Positions 9,558-18,956 of a stretch of DNA of 39,016 nt are shown here, one piece after another. The DNA is from an uncultured Nitrospina sp. (GTDB taxonomy: Bacteria; Nitrospinota; Nitrospinia; Nitrospinales; VA-1), in NCBI GenBank assembly GCA_964564655.1, contig CAZMBO010000009.1:1-39016 (forward strand). Reading direction: 5' to 3'. Position numbers and translations under genes: made by a program. How positions within the stretch are numbered: position 1 is the first letter of the stretch; the number at the start of each line of letters is the position of its first letter. The notes beneath the pieces are model-generated. The model saw only the letters and a program-made list of their open reading frames with translations. It ran no database searches and was not told where the DNA came from.

Positions 9558-10286
9558 TTGACAACTTCTATAAATTCCAAAGATCGGTTAGTTTTTGCTC
9601 TGGATGTGCCAGATAAGAGAGAGGCACAACGCTTAGTAAAGCTACTGCATGATTCTGTAGGCTGCTTTAAAGTGGGACTGCAGTTATTCGTTCAAGAAGG
9701 TCCTGATATTTTAAAATTAATAAAAGATCATTCAACAGCAGATATTTTTCTGGACTTGAAACTTCATGATATCCCCGCGACAGTTCGGGGGGCTTTAAAG
9801 TCTGCGGAAAAATTGGGCGTGAGATACATCACTATTCATTCGATGGAAGGTGAAGCAATACTTGAAGCATCGAAAGAGGTTAAGGACTCGGGTCTTGAAG
9901 TATTGGCTGTTACCTTGCTAACTAGCATGGGTGAGGAACAACTACACGCTTTAGGCTTTGAGCAAGATACTAAAATTTGTGATGTCGTTTTAGATAGGGC
10001 ATTGCGAGCTCAAAAATCTGGATGTGCTGGTATCATTTGCTCAGGAGAAGAAATTGCCCAAGTAAAGCAAGAATGCGGGGAACATTTTAAAGTTGTGGTG
10101 CCAGGTATTCGACCTGAATGGAGCCAAATCTCTTCGGATGATCAGAACCGGATTTCTACACCTAGAAAAGCCATTGAAGCAGGTGCTGATTTGATAGTCG
10201 TGGGTCGTCCTATCCGTGATGCTGAAGCACCCAAAGAAGCTGCTTGCAAAATTGTTTCAGAAATTGACCCCTTTATCAATCCATAG
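9558..10286 (+). CDS. pyrF: Orotidine 5'-phosphate decarboxylase
   Basis: 242 aa with the motifs RLVFALDV, CFKVGLQLF, DLKLHDIPATV and IVVGRPI. The ORF-track start is a TTG, so the start position is uncertain. Confidence 0.9.
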   Translation: MTTSINSKDRLVFALDVPDKREAQRLVKLLHDSVGCFKVGLQLFVQEGPDILKLIKDHSTADIFLDLKLHDIPATVRGALKSAEKLGVRYITIHSMEGEAILEASKEVKDSGLEVLAVTLLTSMGEEQLHALGFEQDTKICDVVLDRALRAQKSGCAGIICSGEEIAQVKQECGEHFKVVVPGIRPEWSQISSDDQNRISTPRKAIEAGADLIVVGRPIRDAEAPKEAACKIVSEIDPFINP

Positions 10287-10295
10287 ACTGCTTAT

Positions 10296-12110
10296 ATGTA
10301 CATACTAGGCATTTCCGCTTTTTACCATGATTCCGCTGCCTGCCTAGTGCGTGATGGTGAAATTATCGCTGCCGCCCAAGAAGAAAGGTTTACACGAAAA
10401 AAACACGACGCATCGTTCCCTAATAATGCTATCGAGTTTTGCCTAAAAACCGGAGGAGTTCAGGTATCCGACTTGGACTATGTAGGATTTTATGACAAAC
10501 CTTTTATAAAATTTGAAAGAATCCTTGAAACATATTTGGGAATCGCACCAAAAGGATTAAAACAATACCTCTCTGCCATACCTGTATGGTTGAAAGATAA
10601 ATTATGGACTCGAGGCAATATCAGAAAAAACCTTGGTTACGAGGGGCCTGTTATATTTTCTGAGCACCACGAGTCGCACGCTGCTAGCGCATTTTTCCCA
10701 TCGCCCTTTAAAGAAGCCGCAATTCTCACTATGGATGGAGTGGGTGAATGGGCCACGAGCAGTCTTGCTTTAGGAAAAAATAATAAAATCGAATTACTGC
10801 AAGAGCTACACTTCCCCCACTCTCTAGGGTTACTTTACTCTGCTTTTACCTACTACCTAGGATTCAAGGTCAATAGCGGTGAATACAAGGTTATGGGATT
10901 AGCACCCTATGGAAAACCAATATATTGTAATTTAATTCGTGAACATTTGATCGACCTGAAGGACGATGGTTCGTTTCGCATGAATATGGAATATTTCGAT
11001 TATCTGGGCGGAATGACTATGACCAATGAAAAATTCGCAGCTATATTCGACCACCCAACCCGAAAGTCTGAGTCACAGTTGACGCAGAAAGAAATGGATA
11101 TTGCTGCATCCTTACAGGAAGTGACAGAAGAAATTATGGTAAAAATGGCTCGTTACATCCGTCAAACAACAGGTATGAAAAATTTATGCCTTGCTGGTGG
11201 AGTGGCCTTAAATTGCGTTGGCAATGGAAAAATTCTAAAAGAAAAAATTTTTGAAAATATCTGGATTCAACCTGCTGCCGGTGATGCGGGTGGCGCGTTG
11301 GGTGTTGCTCTCTGTTGCTGGTACCAAATGCTGGGTAATGAAAGGGTGACCAACGGTTGCGACGCAATGAAAGGCGCTTATCTTGGTCCTCATTATAGAG
11401 ACAGTGAAATTAAAAATTATCTCGATAGAGAGAACATACCTTACCGAAAATTAGAAGAGTTCGAGTTATTGAAAACGATTGTCGCTGACTTGAAAGCAGG
11501 TAAAGTGGTGGGCTGGTTTCAGGGCCCAATGGAGTTTGGACCTAGGGCGCTAGGCGGCAGAAGTATCATTGGAGATCCGCGAAACCCAAAAATGCAATCT
11601 ATCATGAACTTAAAAATCAAATACCGTGAATCATTTCGTCCTTTTGCCCCTTCTGTTCTTGCAGAAAAAGTAAATGAATGGTTCGAGATGGATTCGGAAA
11701 GTCCATACATGTTATTGGTTGCAAGAGTACGGGAAGACAAAAGAATTCCCATGGCTGAGGAACAGGAGAAACTGTTCGGAATAGATTTATTAAATGTGCC
11801 AAGGTCGCAAATACCTGCAATTACCCACGTTGACTATTCTGCTCGAATCCAAACGGTTCATAAAGATACTAATAAAAGGTATTACGATTTGATTAGCGAA
11901 TTTGAAAAAGAAACGCAATGCCCCGTGTTGATCAATACTTCCTTTAATGTTCGGGGAGAACCTATTGTTTGCACCCCAGAACAAGCTTTCCTTTGTTTTA
12001 TGCGGACGGAAATGGATACTTTGGTGTTGGAAAACTTTGTCATCGATAAAAAAGATCAGAAACTATTCGATGAGGATAAAAACTGGAAAGAAGAGTTCGA
12101 GCTAGACTAA
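10296..12110 (+). CDS. Carbamoyltransferase, NodU/CmcH family
   Basis: 604 aa. The N-terminus MYILGISAFYHDSAACLVRDGEIIAAAQEERFTRKKHD and the later LNTSFN-like INTSFNVRGEPIV are typical of this family. The substrate is unknown. Confidence 0.85.
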   Translation: MYILGISAFYHDSAACLVRDGEIIAAAQEERFTRKKHDASFPNNAIEFCLKTGGVQVSDLDYVGFYDKPFIKFERILETYLGIAPKGLKQYLSAIPVWLKDKLWTRGNIRKNLGYEGPVIFSEHHESHAASAFFPSPFKEAAILTMDGVGEWATSSLALGKNNKIELLQELHFPHSLGLLYSAFTYYLGFKVNSGEYKVMGLAPYGKPIYCNLIREHLIDLKDDGSFRMNMEYFDYLGGMTMTNEKFAAIFDHPTRKSESQLTQKEMDIAASLQEVTEEIMVKMARYIRQTTGMKNLCLAGGVALNCVGNGKILKEKIFENIWIQPAAGDAGGALGVALCCWYQMLGNERVTNGCDAMKGAYLGPHYRDSEIKNYLDRENIPYRKLEEFELLKTIVADLKAGKVVGWFQGPMEFGPRALGGRSIIGDPRNPKMQSIMNLKIKYRESFRPFAPSVLAEKVNEWFEMDSESPYMLLVARVREDKRIPMAEEQEKLFGIDLLNVPRSQIPAITHVDYSARIQTVHKDTNKRYYDLISEFEKETQCPVLINTSFNVRGEPIVCTPEQAFLCFMRTEMDTLVLENFVIDKKDQKLFDEDKNWKEEFELD

Positions 12111-12214
12111 CCCATTGGCATGAGAGGCAATGATTTTATCCGTTCACAGCTAGTCATGCGCTTAATCTTTAAATAGATTTTTTATTACTTCCCGTATTAG
12201 TGGGTTGAGGAAAT

Positions 12215-13351
12215 TTGATAACTGTGCCCAATTACTCCAGAACAAAGTTTTTTTTTATAGCTTTAGCCGTTCTAGCTATCTATAGCTATGGTTGGAGGGT
12301 AACAGAGATTAACTTGGGTGATTTGTTTCGCGACTTCCATTTAGTAAAACCTCTTGTCAAAGAACTTACGCAACCTGATTTATTTTCCCGGGAAAAGAAA
12401 ATCCAGACTACGGAAATCGAGTTTTTTTTGAAGGCAGGTTTAAATAAAAATCACGCCTCAGCTGGTTCAAATGAAAAACGCCAACTGGTTTTATCCCAAA
12501 GTTCGGGGCAAATTGGGGACCGATTGACGATATTAGGACTTCACTTAAAGTCAAATTCTGAAGGCGCATTATTTTGGGTCAATGAGATAGAGCAAGAATT
12601 TCCCTTAGGGAAGTTTAAAACTGACTCGACCGGTAAATTTCAAAAAGACATAACCGTACCACCAAGTGCCCGAGGAAATCGGCAAATAGTGAAGGCCATT
12701 GTAAGTTGGCCTGAAGGATCTTTGCAGGCCAGTGAAACCTTGCGCCTGACATTTGATAAAATGGTAGAAACTCTTTTTCTCGCCTTGATGGCGACCACCT
12801 TCGCAATATTAGTTGCAGTTCCTTTGAGCCTTTTGGCGTCCAGAAACCTAATGACAGAGACCCTTCCGGGAACGATGGTTTACTATGTCATACGAACAAC
12901 ACTAAACTTACTGCGGTCCATCGAACCCTTAATCATGGCGATCTTGTTCGTGGTTTGGGTTGGCATAGGTCCTTTTGCAGGAGTTTTGGCGCTAGGAATT
13001 CATTCCATTGCCTCTCTGGGAAAACTTTTTTCTGAGCAAATTGAGAGTATCGATGTAGGTCCTGTTGAAGCAATTACCTCAGTAGGAGCAAAGCCTCTTC
13101 AGGTGGTCCTATTTGGGGTTTTGCCGCAGGTAATTTTGCCTTTTCTGGCGTTGAGCTTTTATCGTTGGGATATCAACGTACGGATGTCGACAATCATCGG
13201 CTTTGTGGGCGGGGGCGGGATTGGTTTTCTTCTACAACAATGGATCAATCTTTTGAAATACAACGAAGCGGGTACGGCATTACTTGCTATCGCGATGGTT
13301 GTAATTACCCTCGACACTCTAAGCGCAAAAATCCGAGAAAAAATTAAATAA
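12215..13351 (+). CDS. PhnE-like ABC transporter permease with an extra N-terminal TM helix and an extracytoplasmic domain of about 150 aa
   Basis: The C-terminal 190 aa or so match the PhnE pattern (LRSIEPLIMAILFVVWVGIGPFAGVLALGIHSIASLGKLFSE..IE..D.GP.EA..S.GA, FGVLPQV.P). The TTG start is uncertain; a GTG lies 9 nt downstream. Confidence 0.75.
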   Translation: MITVPNYSRTKFFFIALAVLAIYSYGWRVTEINLGDLFRDFHLVKPLVKELTQPDLFSREKKIQTTEIEFFLKAGLNKNHASAGSNEKRQLVLSQSSGQIGDRLTILGLHLKSNSEGALFWVNEIEQEFPLGKFKTDSTGKFQKDITVPPSARGNRQIVKAIVSWPEGSLQASETLRLTFDKMVETLFLALMATTFAILVAVPLSLLASRNLMTETLPGTMVYYVIRTTLNLLRSIEPLIMAILFVVWVGIGPFAGVLALGIHSIASLGKLFSEQIESIDVGPVEAITSVGAKPLQVVLFGVLPQVILPFLALSFYRWDINVRMSTIIGFVGGGGIGFLLQQWINLLKYNEAGTALLAIAMVVITLDTLSAKIREKIK

Positions 13352-13412
13352 AGGCCAGAATGTATTTTACCTTGAATGGATAAGGTGTAATCCCAAAGGC
13401 TAATTTAAAATC

Positions 13413-14126
13413 TTATTTTTTTTTCTTGTTCCACTGATAAGGAGGAGCCAGGTGATTGAAAATTTTAATAAACTGATTCCCCGATTCAGGAATTTTAACA
13501 ACTTGTTTTGTTAATAAAATTTCTTCTGAAGTATATCGATGGCCGTAATATGCTAGGTTGGCATCTAAATCAGCAGTGATAACGGTGCCTTTTAAAGAAA
13601 CCCCGCCAAAAACCCCTTTGCTTCTGGAATAGGAATAAATTTCTCCCTGCATAAATACGTCAGTAGAAGCTTCGGCGTGTCGCCCTACCGGTCCTGCTGA
13701 AACTGCAATATCAGCCCCTAAGGAAAACTTCTCATTCAATAACCCTTCGAGTCCTCTTTGTGACATAACGAGGAGAATTAGGTCAATGGCTTCTGCCCCG
13801 ATCTGGAACCCAAAGCTAGCACCCGTAGTATATAAAAAAGCAGGCGGTCCCCATTTGCCGGTGTCTGATGCGCGGACAGATGCGACCCCTTTTCCATATC
13901 GAGCAGCTACAAGAAAACCCGCTTTAAGCATTGTTGGAAATACAATGATAGCTTTGGCTTTCGATATAAGACTCATAGGAATCTTCTGATCCGGTGAATT
14001 CTGAATCTCATCTAGAATCATTTGTGATGTGCGAAGAACTTTTCTTTGTTTGTTGCCATCCCCTTGAGCCCAAGTTGCGCTCGAAACCAACAGAATTAAA
14101 ATAATACTGGACGAAAATAATTTCAT
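13413..14126 (-). CDS. SYLF (Ysc84/DUF500) lipid-binding domain protein, exported
   Basis: 237 aa with a signal peptide (LLVSSATWAQG). SYLF-type blocks are present: GFLVAARYGKGVASVR, SFGFQIGAEAIDLILLVMS, FSLGADIAVSAGPVGR and YSYSRSKGVFGGVSLKG. Confidence 0.78.
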   Translation of the reverse strand: MKLFSSSIILILLVSSATWAQGDGNKQRKVLRTSQMILDEIQNSPDQKIPMSLISKAKAIIVFPTMLKAGFLVAARYGKGVASVRASDTGKWGPPAFLYTTGASFGFQIGAEAIDLILLVMSQRGLEGLLNEKFSLGADIAVSAGPVGRHAEASTDVFMQGEIYSYSRSKGVFGGVSLKGTVITADLDANLAYYGHRYTSEEILLTKQVVKIPESGNQFIKIFNHLAPPYQWNKKKK

Positions 14127-14250
14127 GGGACCCTCAAATTAGTTATCTGCTTTTACTATAATCAATTTATGCTTATAACTCAACTTCTTGGAAATGTAGA
14201 CAACTTAAAATAAACTTTGCTCTTTTCTCTTTACCGCTTTACCATGCGCG

Positions 14251-16227
14251 GTGATGATCAAAGAAAATGTTGTAAAATTTTTAGGGATAAACGGAATACT
14301 TTCTGAAAAACTGGAAGGTTTTGAGCACCGTCCTCAGCAAGTGAAGATGGCTCAAGCAGTCGAAACAGCTTTTAGCCAAGCAAAGCACCTTATTGTTGAA
14401 GCAGGAACGGGAACGGGGAAAAGTCTTGCATACCTTATCCCAGCGATTCTTTGGGCAGTAGAAAATAATAAAAAGGTTGTAATTTCTACTTATACCAAAA
14501 CCCTTCAACAGCAGATACTCAATCATGACATTCCTTTTCTTCGCGAAAAACTCGGTATTTCTTTTCGTTATGCTCTATGCATGGGCAATGAAAACTATCT
14601 TTCCCTGCGCAGGCTTAAACGCTCAGCTCAGACTGGTTTATTTAATAAAGCCGATGAAGAAGAACAGTGGAATGGAGTTTTTGACTGGGCTGTAAAAACT
14701 GAAACGGGTTATCGAAGTGATCTGCCTTTTGAAGTAATGCCGCAAGTCTGGGAAGAAGTGGGAAGACAAAAGGATCTCTGTCTAGGGAAAAATTGCAAAA
14801 CTCATTCATCCTGTTTTTATTTTAAAGCCAGAAAGAAATGGTTTGGGGCTCATTTATTAATTGTGAATCATCACCTATTTTTTGCAAATGTCGCAAATTC
14901 TGGTGCTGTACTACCAGCTTATGACGCGGTGGTGTTTGACGAAGCGCAAAATCTAGAAGACGCCGCTACTCAATTTCTGGGACTGGAAATTTCAAACTCG
15001 AACCTTATTTATTTTCTTGATCGATTGCATAATCCACGTACCAAAAAAGGATTATTAACACGATTAGATCATGCCATAGTGCCCCACGTTAGAAAACTTG
15101 CCATGACTGTTCGACAGGCTATCGATGCATTCTTTACTCATTTTTTAGAAGAGTATGGTAGGGAGGATCGCGTGGTCCGTTTTTACAAACCTCCTGTTCT
15201 AGACAATGGAATTTATGTTCCTATGGAAGCGCTTCGTGAAAGCTTAAAATCTCTGGAAGCAGGATTGCATTCTGAAGAAGACAGGATCGATGTAGCAGCG
15301 GCAGCTGAAAGATGTTTTGAATTTAACAATACCGTATCGGCTATTCTCAACCAGAATTTGCCGGGGTATGTTTACTGGATTGAAATCGTAAAAAGAAAAC
15401 GAATTACACGAGTTGTCTTGAGAGGTGTTCCCATTCATGTTGCAGAAGAACTCCACGCACAGGTTTTTAATAAATTAGATCGTATGATCATGACCTCTGC
15501 AACATTAACCACCAGCAAAAATTTTGAATTCATCAAAGAGCGTTTGGGATATCACCCCACTGAAGAATTACTTCTTGATGCTCCATTTGACTACTCCAGT
15601 CAGACATTATTGTATGCCCCTCGTGACCTTCCTGAACCGGGAAGTGAAACTGGGCCCTATGTGGAAGAACTTTCGGATCGGTGCAAGGAGCTTGTTATGG
15701 CATCGGGTGGGAAAACTTTTATTTTGTTCACCAGTTACGCATTGCTCAATCAAATTTATGAAAGACTTGATGATTCGAGCCTTCCATTTCCATTAATTCG
15801 GCAAGGAGACTTGCCAACAACTTTGATGATAGATAAGTTTAAAGAAAAACCTTCGGTAATATTTGGAACCAATTCTTTCTGGCAGGGTGTGGATATCCCA
15901 GGGAAAGCATTGCAAAGTGTTATCATTACCAAACTACCATTCGATGTCCCCAAAGAACCCCTAACAGAAGCTCGAATAGAGGAGCTTAAGCGCCAAAATA
16001 TCGACCCCTTTTCACATTATCAAATTCCACGAGCCATCATTCAGTTAAAACAGGGATTCGGAAGATTGATCAGGAAAAAAACCGATAAAGGTGTTGTCTC
16101 CCTTCTTGATTCAAGGATTAGCAGAAGGGGTTATGGAAAAAAATTTATCACCTCGCTTCCCGTTTGCCCTGTGGCCACGCAAATAGATGAGGTGAGAAAC
16201 TTTTTTTTTGATGAGACTGAGGTCTAA
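14251..16227 (+). CDS. dinG: ATP-dependent DNA helicase, DinG/YoaA (XPD/Rad3-like) family
   Basis: 658 aa with Walker A EAGTGTGKSLAYLIP and a DEAQ box (VVFDEAQNLED). Four Cys (ALCMG, DLCLGKNC, SSCFYF) sit where the XPD-type 4Fe-4S cluster would be. The C-terminal helicase motifs are SFWQGVD and QGFGRLIR. Confidence 0.85.
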   Translation: MMIKENVVKFLGINGILSEKLEGFEHRPQQVKMAQAVETAFSQAKHLIVEAGTGTGKSLAYLIPAILWAVENNKKVVISTYTKTLQQQILNHDIPFLREKLGISFRYALCMGNENYLSLRRLKRSAQTGLFNKADEEEQWNGVFDWAVKTETGYRSDLPFEVMPQVWEEVGRQKDLCLGKNCKTHSSCFYFKARKKWFGAHLLIVNHHLFFANVANSGAVLPAYDAVVFDEAQNLEDAATQFLGLEISNSNLIYFLDRLHNPRTKKGLLTRLDHAIVPHVRKLAMTVRQAIDAFFTHFLEEYGREDRVVRFYKPPVLDNGIYVPMEALRESLKSLEAGLHSEEDRIDVAAAAERCFEFNNTVSAILNQNLPGYVYWIEIVKRKRITRVVLRGVPIHVAEELHAQVFNKLDRMIMTSATLTTSKNFEFIKERLGYHPTEELLLDAPFDYSSQTLLYAPRDLPEPGSETGPYVEELSDRCKELVMASGGKTFILFTSYALLNQIYERLDDSSLPFPLIRQGDLPTTLMIDKFKEKPSVIFGTNSFWQGVDIPGKALQSVIITKLPFDVPKEPLTEARIEELKRQNIDPFSHYQIPRAIIQLKQGFGRLIRKKTDKGVVSLLDSRISRRGYGKKFITSLPVCPVATQIDEVRNFFFDETEV

Positions 16228-16237
16228 AATTGCTGAA

Positions 16238-17212
16238 TCAGCGATTTGTCGGTGTCAAAAGAGGTGTATAAACAAAATTTGCGAGGATAGTTAATTTATC
16301 ATGTTGGATATTTTTTGGAAACGGATAAAATGGAGCGGCCTCTTTAACTGCTTTGAGCGCAGCAACATCAAGAATCTCGTGTCCAGACTGCTCAACCAAG
16401 CGCACTCCCATTAAATTCCCATCTTTAGAAATACGAAACGTTAAAGAGAGATCACCGCTGATGCCTTTTTGTGCCGCAGGCAAAGGATAAATCCAGACTC
16501 GTTCAATTTGATGTTTAATGCGAGCAAAATAGGAAGCATATTTCACCTCCTTTGTATCTAGAGATACGGGTTCATCATCATCAAAATCCTCCAACAAATC
16601 TGTGTCCATAGAAGCAAATTGTTCTGCATCGAATCCATCTAAGAAAGCCTGCGTACTAGCCGTCCTTTCCTTTTTTATGGGTGAGGATTTCGGCTTTTGA
16701 GTCTTGTCGGAAGTTATAGATTTGAAGATTCCTGTGTCTGACTCAGGCAACGGTTTTTTTCTAGGTTTTATGTGGGGTTTTTTTAGAAAATATTTTTCAG
16801 GGGCGATATTTTTGCTTTGAGTTCTACTTGATCTGGTTTTACCGATCGCTCTTTTAGATTTTGGAACGGCAGTTTTCTTTCTCTTATAAACCTTTTTAGG
16901 GGTTATTTTTTGGTTTGAATGGGACCTGCGATCAAACTTTGCAAGAAGTTCATCCCTTTTTGGTTTTTCTGGTTTTACGGGAGGTTTTGGGGTATCAACA
17001 TTTTTTTTTACCTTTAAATCCATCGGGTTTTTTGTTTCAAAATATTTCACCTGGATTGGAGGAGGGCCTTTAACTGTTTTCTCTTGAACAGGTATCAACA
17101 TATGGGCAATGAAAAGTGAAATATGGATACCCAAAGAAAGCAAAATAAATCCGGATATCCGAGTTCTATTTAGCGGATTATTTTTGGCCCAATCTATTTT
17201 TCTTTTACGCAA
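16238..17212 (-). CDS. TonB C-terminal-domain protein with a Lys/Arg-rich linker
   Basis: One N-terminal TM helix (ISGFILLSLGIHISLFIAHMLI) is followed by a very basic linker of about 150 aa. The C-terminus is TonB-like (YPLPAAQKGISGDLSLTFRISKDGNLMGVRLVEQSGHEILDVAALKAVKEAAPFYPFP). The TTG start has no obvious SD. Confidence 0.75.
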   Translation of the reverse strand: MRKRKIDWAKNNPLNRTRISGFILLSLGIHISLFIAHMLIPVQEKTVKGPPPIQVKYFETKNPMDLKVKKNVDTPKPPVKPEKPKRDELLAKFDRRSHSNQKITPKKVYKRKKTAVPKSKRAIGKTRSSRTQSKNIAPEKYFLKKPHIKPRKKPLPESDTGIFKSITSDKTQKPKSSPIKKERTASTQAFLDGFDAEQFASMDTDLLEDFDDDEPVSLDTKEVKYASYFARIKHQIERVWIYPLPAAQKGISGDLSLTFRISKDGNLMGVRLVEQSGHEILDVAALKAVKEAAPFYPFPKNIQHDKLTILANFVYTPLLTPTNR

Positions 17213-17306
17213 AGTTAAAACCTGAAAAAGTATCCCATTATAAAATTGACCTTATAAATATTATAGCGTAGTTTTTTGACCATTCATAAGTCCAGAGGGA
17301 GGACTA

Positions 17307-18611
17307 TTAAGGTGCCTCGTCTAGTGTAGAATTCAGTAGTTTGCACTTTTGCTTATACCAACGATAGGCCTGCTCGACTTCAGGTAAATTTGCGTTAGGA
17401 GAAACATAATTCCCAACCGAATCAAAAGGTTCGTAATCCATTTCCAAGGTCTGGTAAATATGGTTCAGGTAGGAGGGGAAATTTCGGTACATGGGGATCT
17501 CTTTTCTTAAGAAAGGCATACCTTTTTCTCGAAATTTCATTAATTCTTTCCCAAAAGGGTGGATTTTTTCTAGCCCTCCTTCCTCACCTTGATTACTTGC
17601 GAAATGAGTCAAGGACTCAAAATCTTCCCAATCTTCCAGAGCATCCACATCTGAAACAAAAGATGGATCGTCATGCAAGTTAGTAGTTATTGATATATTA
17701 AGGAGATTTGACATGCTTTTATGGAAATTTCTTCTCGACATTCCAAATTGATATTTATCCTCTGGAGAAATTTTTTGCACATGAGATCGAAATGTAAAAG
17801 CATGGTCAAGTAAATACGGCAAGGCTTTGAAAAAGCGAACAGGATTTTTCAAAGCCATCTTTATTCCGGCATGAATAATTTGACCATCTTTTCTTGAAGA
17901 GTGTAAGTAATCAATAATTACAGGATCCATTCTCTCAAAGTTAATCGGGTATAAATTGGGTTCCTTTAATTCATGCAAATCATTTCCATGGTCATTGAGA
18001 ATCCGGTAATGATAATTTCTTTTAACAAATTCACTACCTGGTTTTTCATTAAATTCAGGGAACATATTTTGACGTGAATTCAACCAAAGAATAATGTTGT
18101 GGCTTTTGTTGCCCTTAAAACCCAAAACTTTTTCAAGGTCATATAGAAAAGGTAGATCACCAGGCTGAAATAAAATCAGTTCGTTATCTTCAATTGAAAG
18201 CTTATTTCTACCTAAACTCAAGGTGTGAAGAAGATTTAGGTTTTGGTCATCTTCTCGGACAAATTGTATTGTTTTCCCACAAGTGTCAACTGTGTTCAAA
18301 AAAAGTTCTAACACACGCTGAACTTCAGTCGATCCTACAACAACAATTTCCTTAAGACTTGAACATAATAAATTTCCTAAGGCATAACACATCACTGGAA
18401 TGCCATGAATTAAAAATAAAAATTTTAGACGGTCGATTTCATCATCTTTAGAACGCAGGATGAGGTGGCTGACACCATTTCTGCCCGCTGCTATTTCACT
18501 TTTTGCTTTTGCAATACTTAGATTATCAGCCAACTTTCGGGAGTCATATTTGTTGTGGCTGAAACTGACAATGCATTTTTCGATCTGAATTTTATTTTTT
18601 GTTATGACCAT
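17307..18611 (-). CDS. Hypothetical protein; possibly a divergent MobA-like NTP-transferase (GT-A) fold with a degenerate G-loop
   Basis: The 434-aa ORF is long and clean. Weak family-like blocks are IHGIPVMCYALGNL, EIVVVGS, LILFQPGDLPFL and a late VSDVDALEDWE. The usual LAGGxGxRMG loop is replaced by LILRSKDDEIDRLKF. The product call has low confidence; the CDS itself is solid. Confidence 0.6.
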   Translation of the reverse strand: MVITKNKIQIEKCIVSFSHNKYDSRKLADNLSIAKAKSEIAAGRNGVSHLILRSKDDEIDRLKFLFLIHGIPVMCYALGNLLCSSLKEIVVVGSTEVQRVLELFLNTVDTCGKTIQFVREDDQNLNLLHTLSLGRNKLSIEDNELILFQPGDLPFLYDLEKVLGFKGNKSHNIILWLNSRQNMFPEFNEKPGSEFVKRNYHYRILNDHGNDLHELKEPNLYPINFERMDPVIIDYLHSSRKDGQIIHAGIKMALKNPVRFFKALPYLLDHAFTFRSHVQKISPEDKYQFGMSRRNFHKSMSNLLNISITTNLHDDPSFVSDVDALEDWEDFESLTHFASNQGEEGGLEKIHPFGKELMKFREKGMPFLRKEIPMYRNFPSYLNHIYQTLEMDYEPFDSVGNYVSPNANLPEVEQAYRWYKQKCKLLNSTLDEAP

Positions 18612-18918
18612 AAATATAATTGATTGCTAAATTGGTGGTATACAGGCCTGATCTTAGAATAGAGAAAAGCTCAGATATTCATAAAACCTAGATATTACGT
18701 TTCTAGAAAAATAAGGAAAAGTGATACGATTACTATGTAAACGTCCATCCTATAATAATGTGTTGGATAACCCTAATAAACTTTTACGAAAGCGGTTACA
18801 TAGAGCGTCAAATTTTGCTACGCTTTGAAGTGAACCGGAGTTCGCTCCTATTTTTGATCAGTGCTAGGATTTTGACGTTTTCGAGGGGCTTTGGGATATA
18901 TATAACTATATGTTTTAT

Positions 18919-18946
18919 TTGACAAATTTTATTCTGTAGATATAAT
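18919..18946 (+). promoter_or_regulatory. Consensus sigma-70 promoter (TTGACA-16 nt-TATAAT) directly upstream of the sigma-54 activator gene
   Basis: TTGACA lies at 18919-18924 and TATAAT at 18941-18946. The ATG at 18957 is only 10 nt past the -10 hexamer, and there is no SD between them. Confidence 0.6.
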
Positions 18947-18956
18947 ATTTTTAGCC

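Noticed and set aside
18633-18647. TGGTGGTATACAGGC, which has the GG-N10-GC spacing of a sigma-54 promoter.
   Set aside because: Only the GG and GC dinucleotides match, because AGGC replaces TTGC. It points toward the activator gene itself, about 300 nt away, not toward the divergent 434-aa gene. This could easily be chance.
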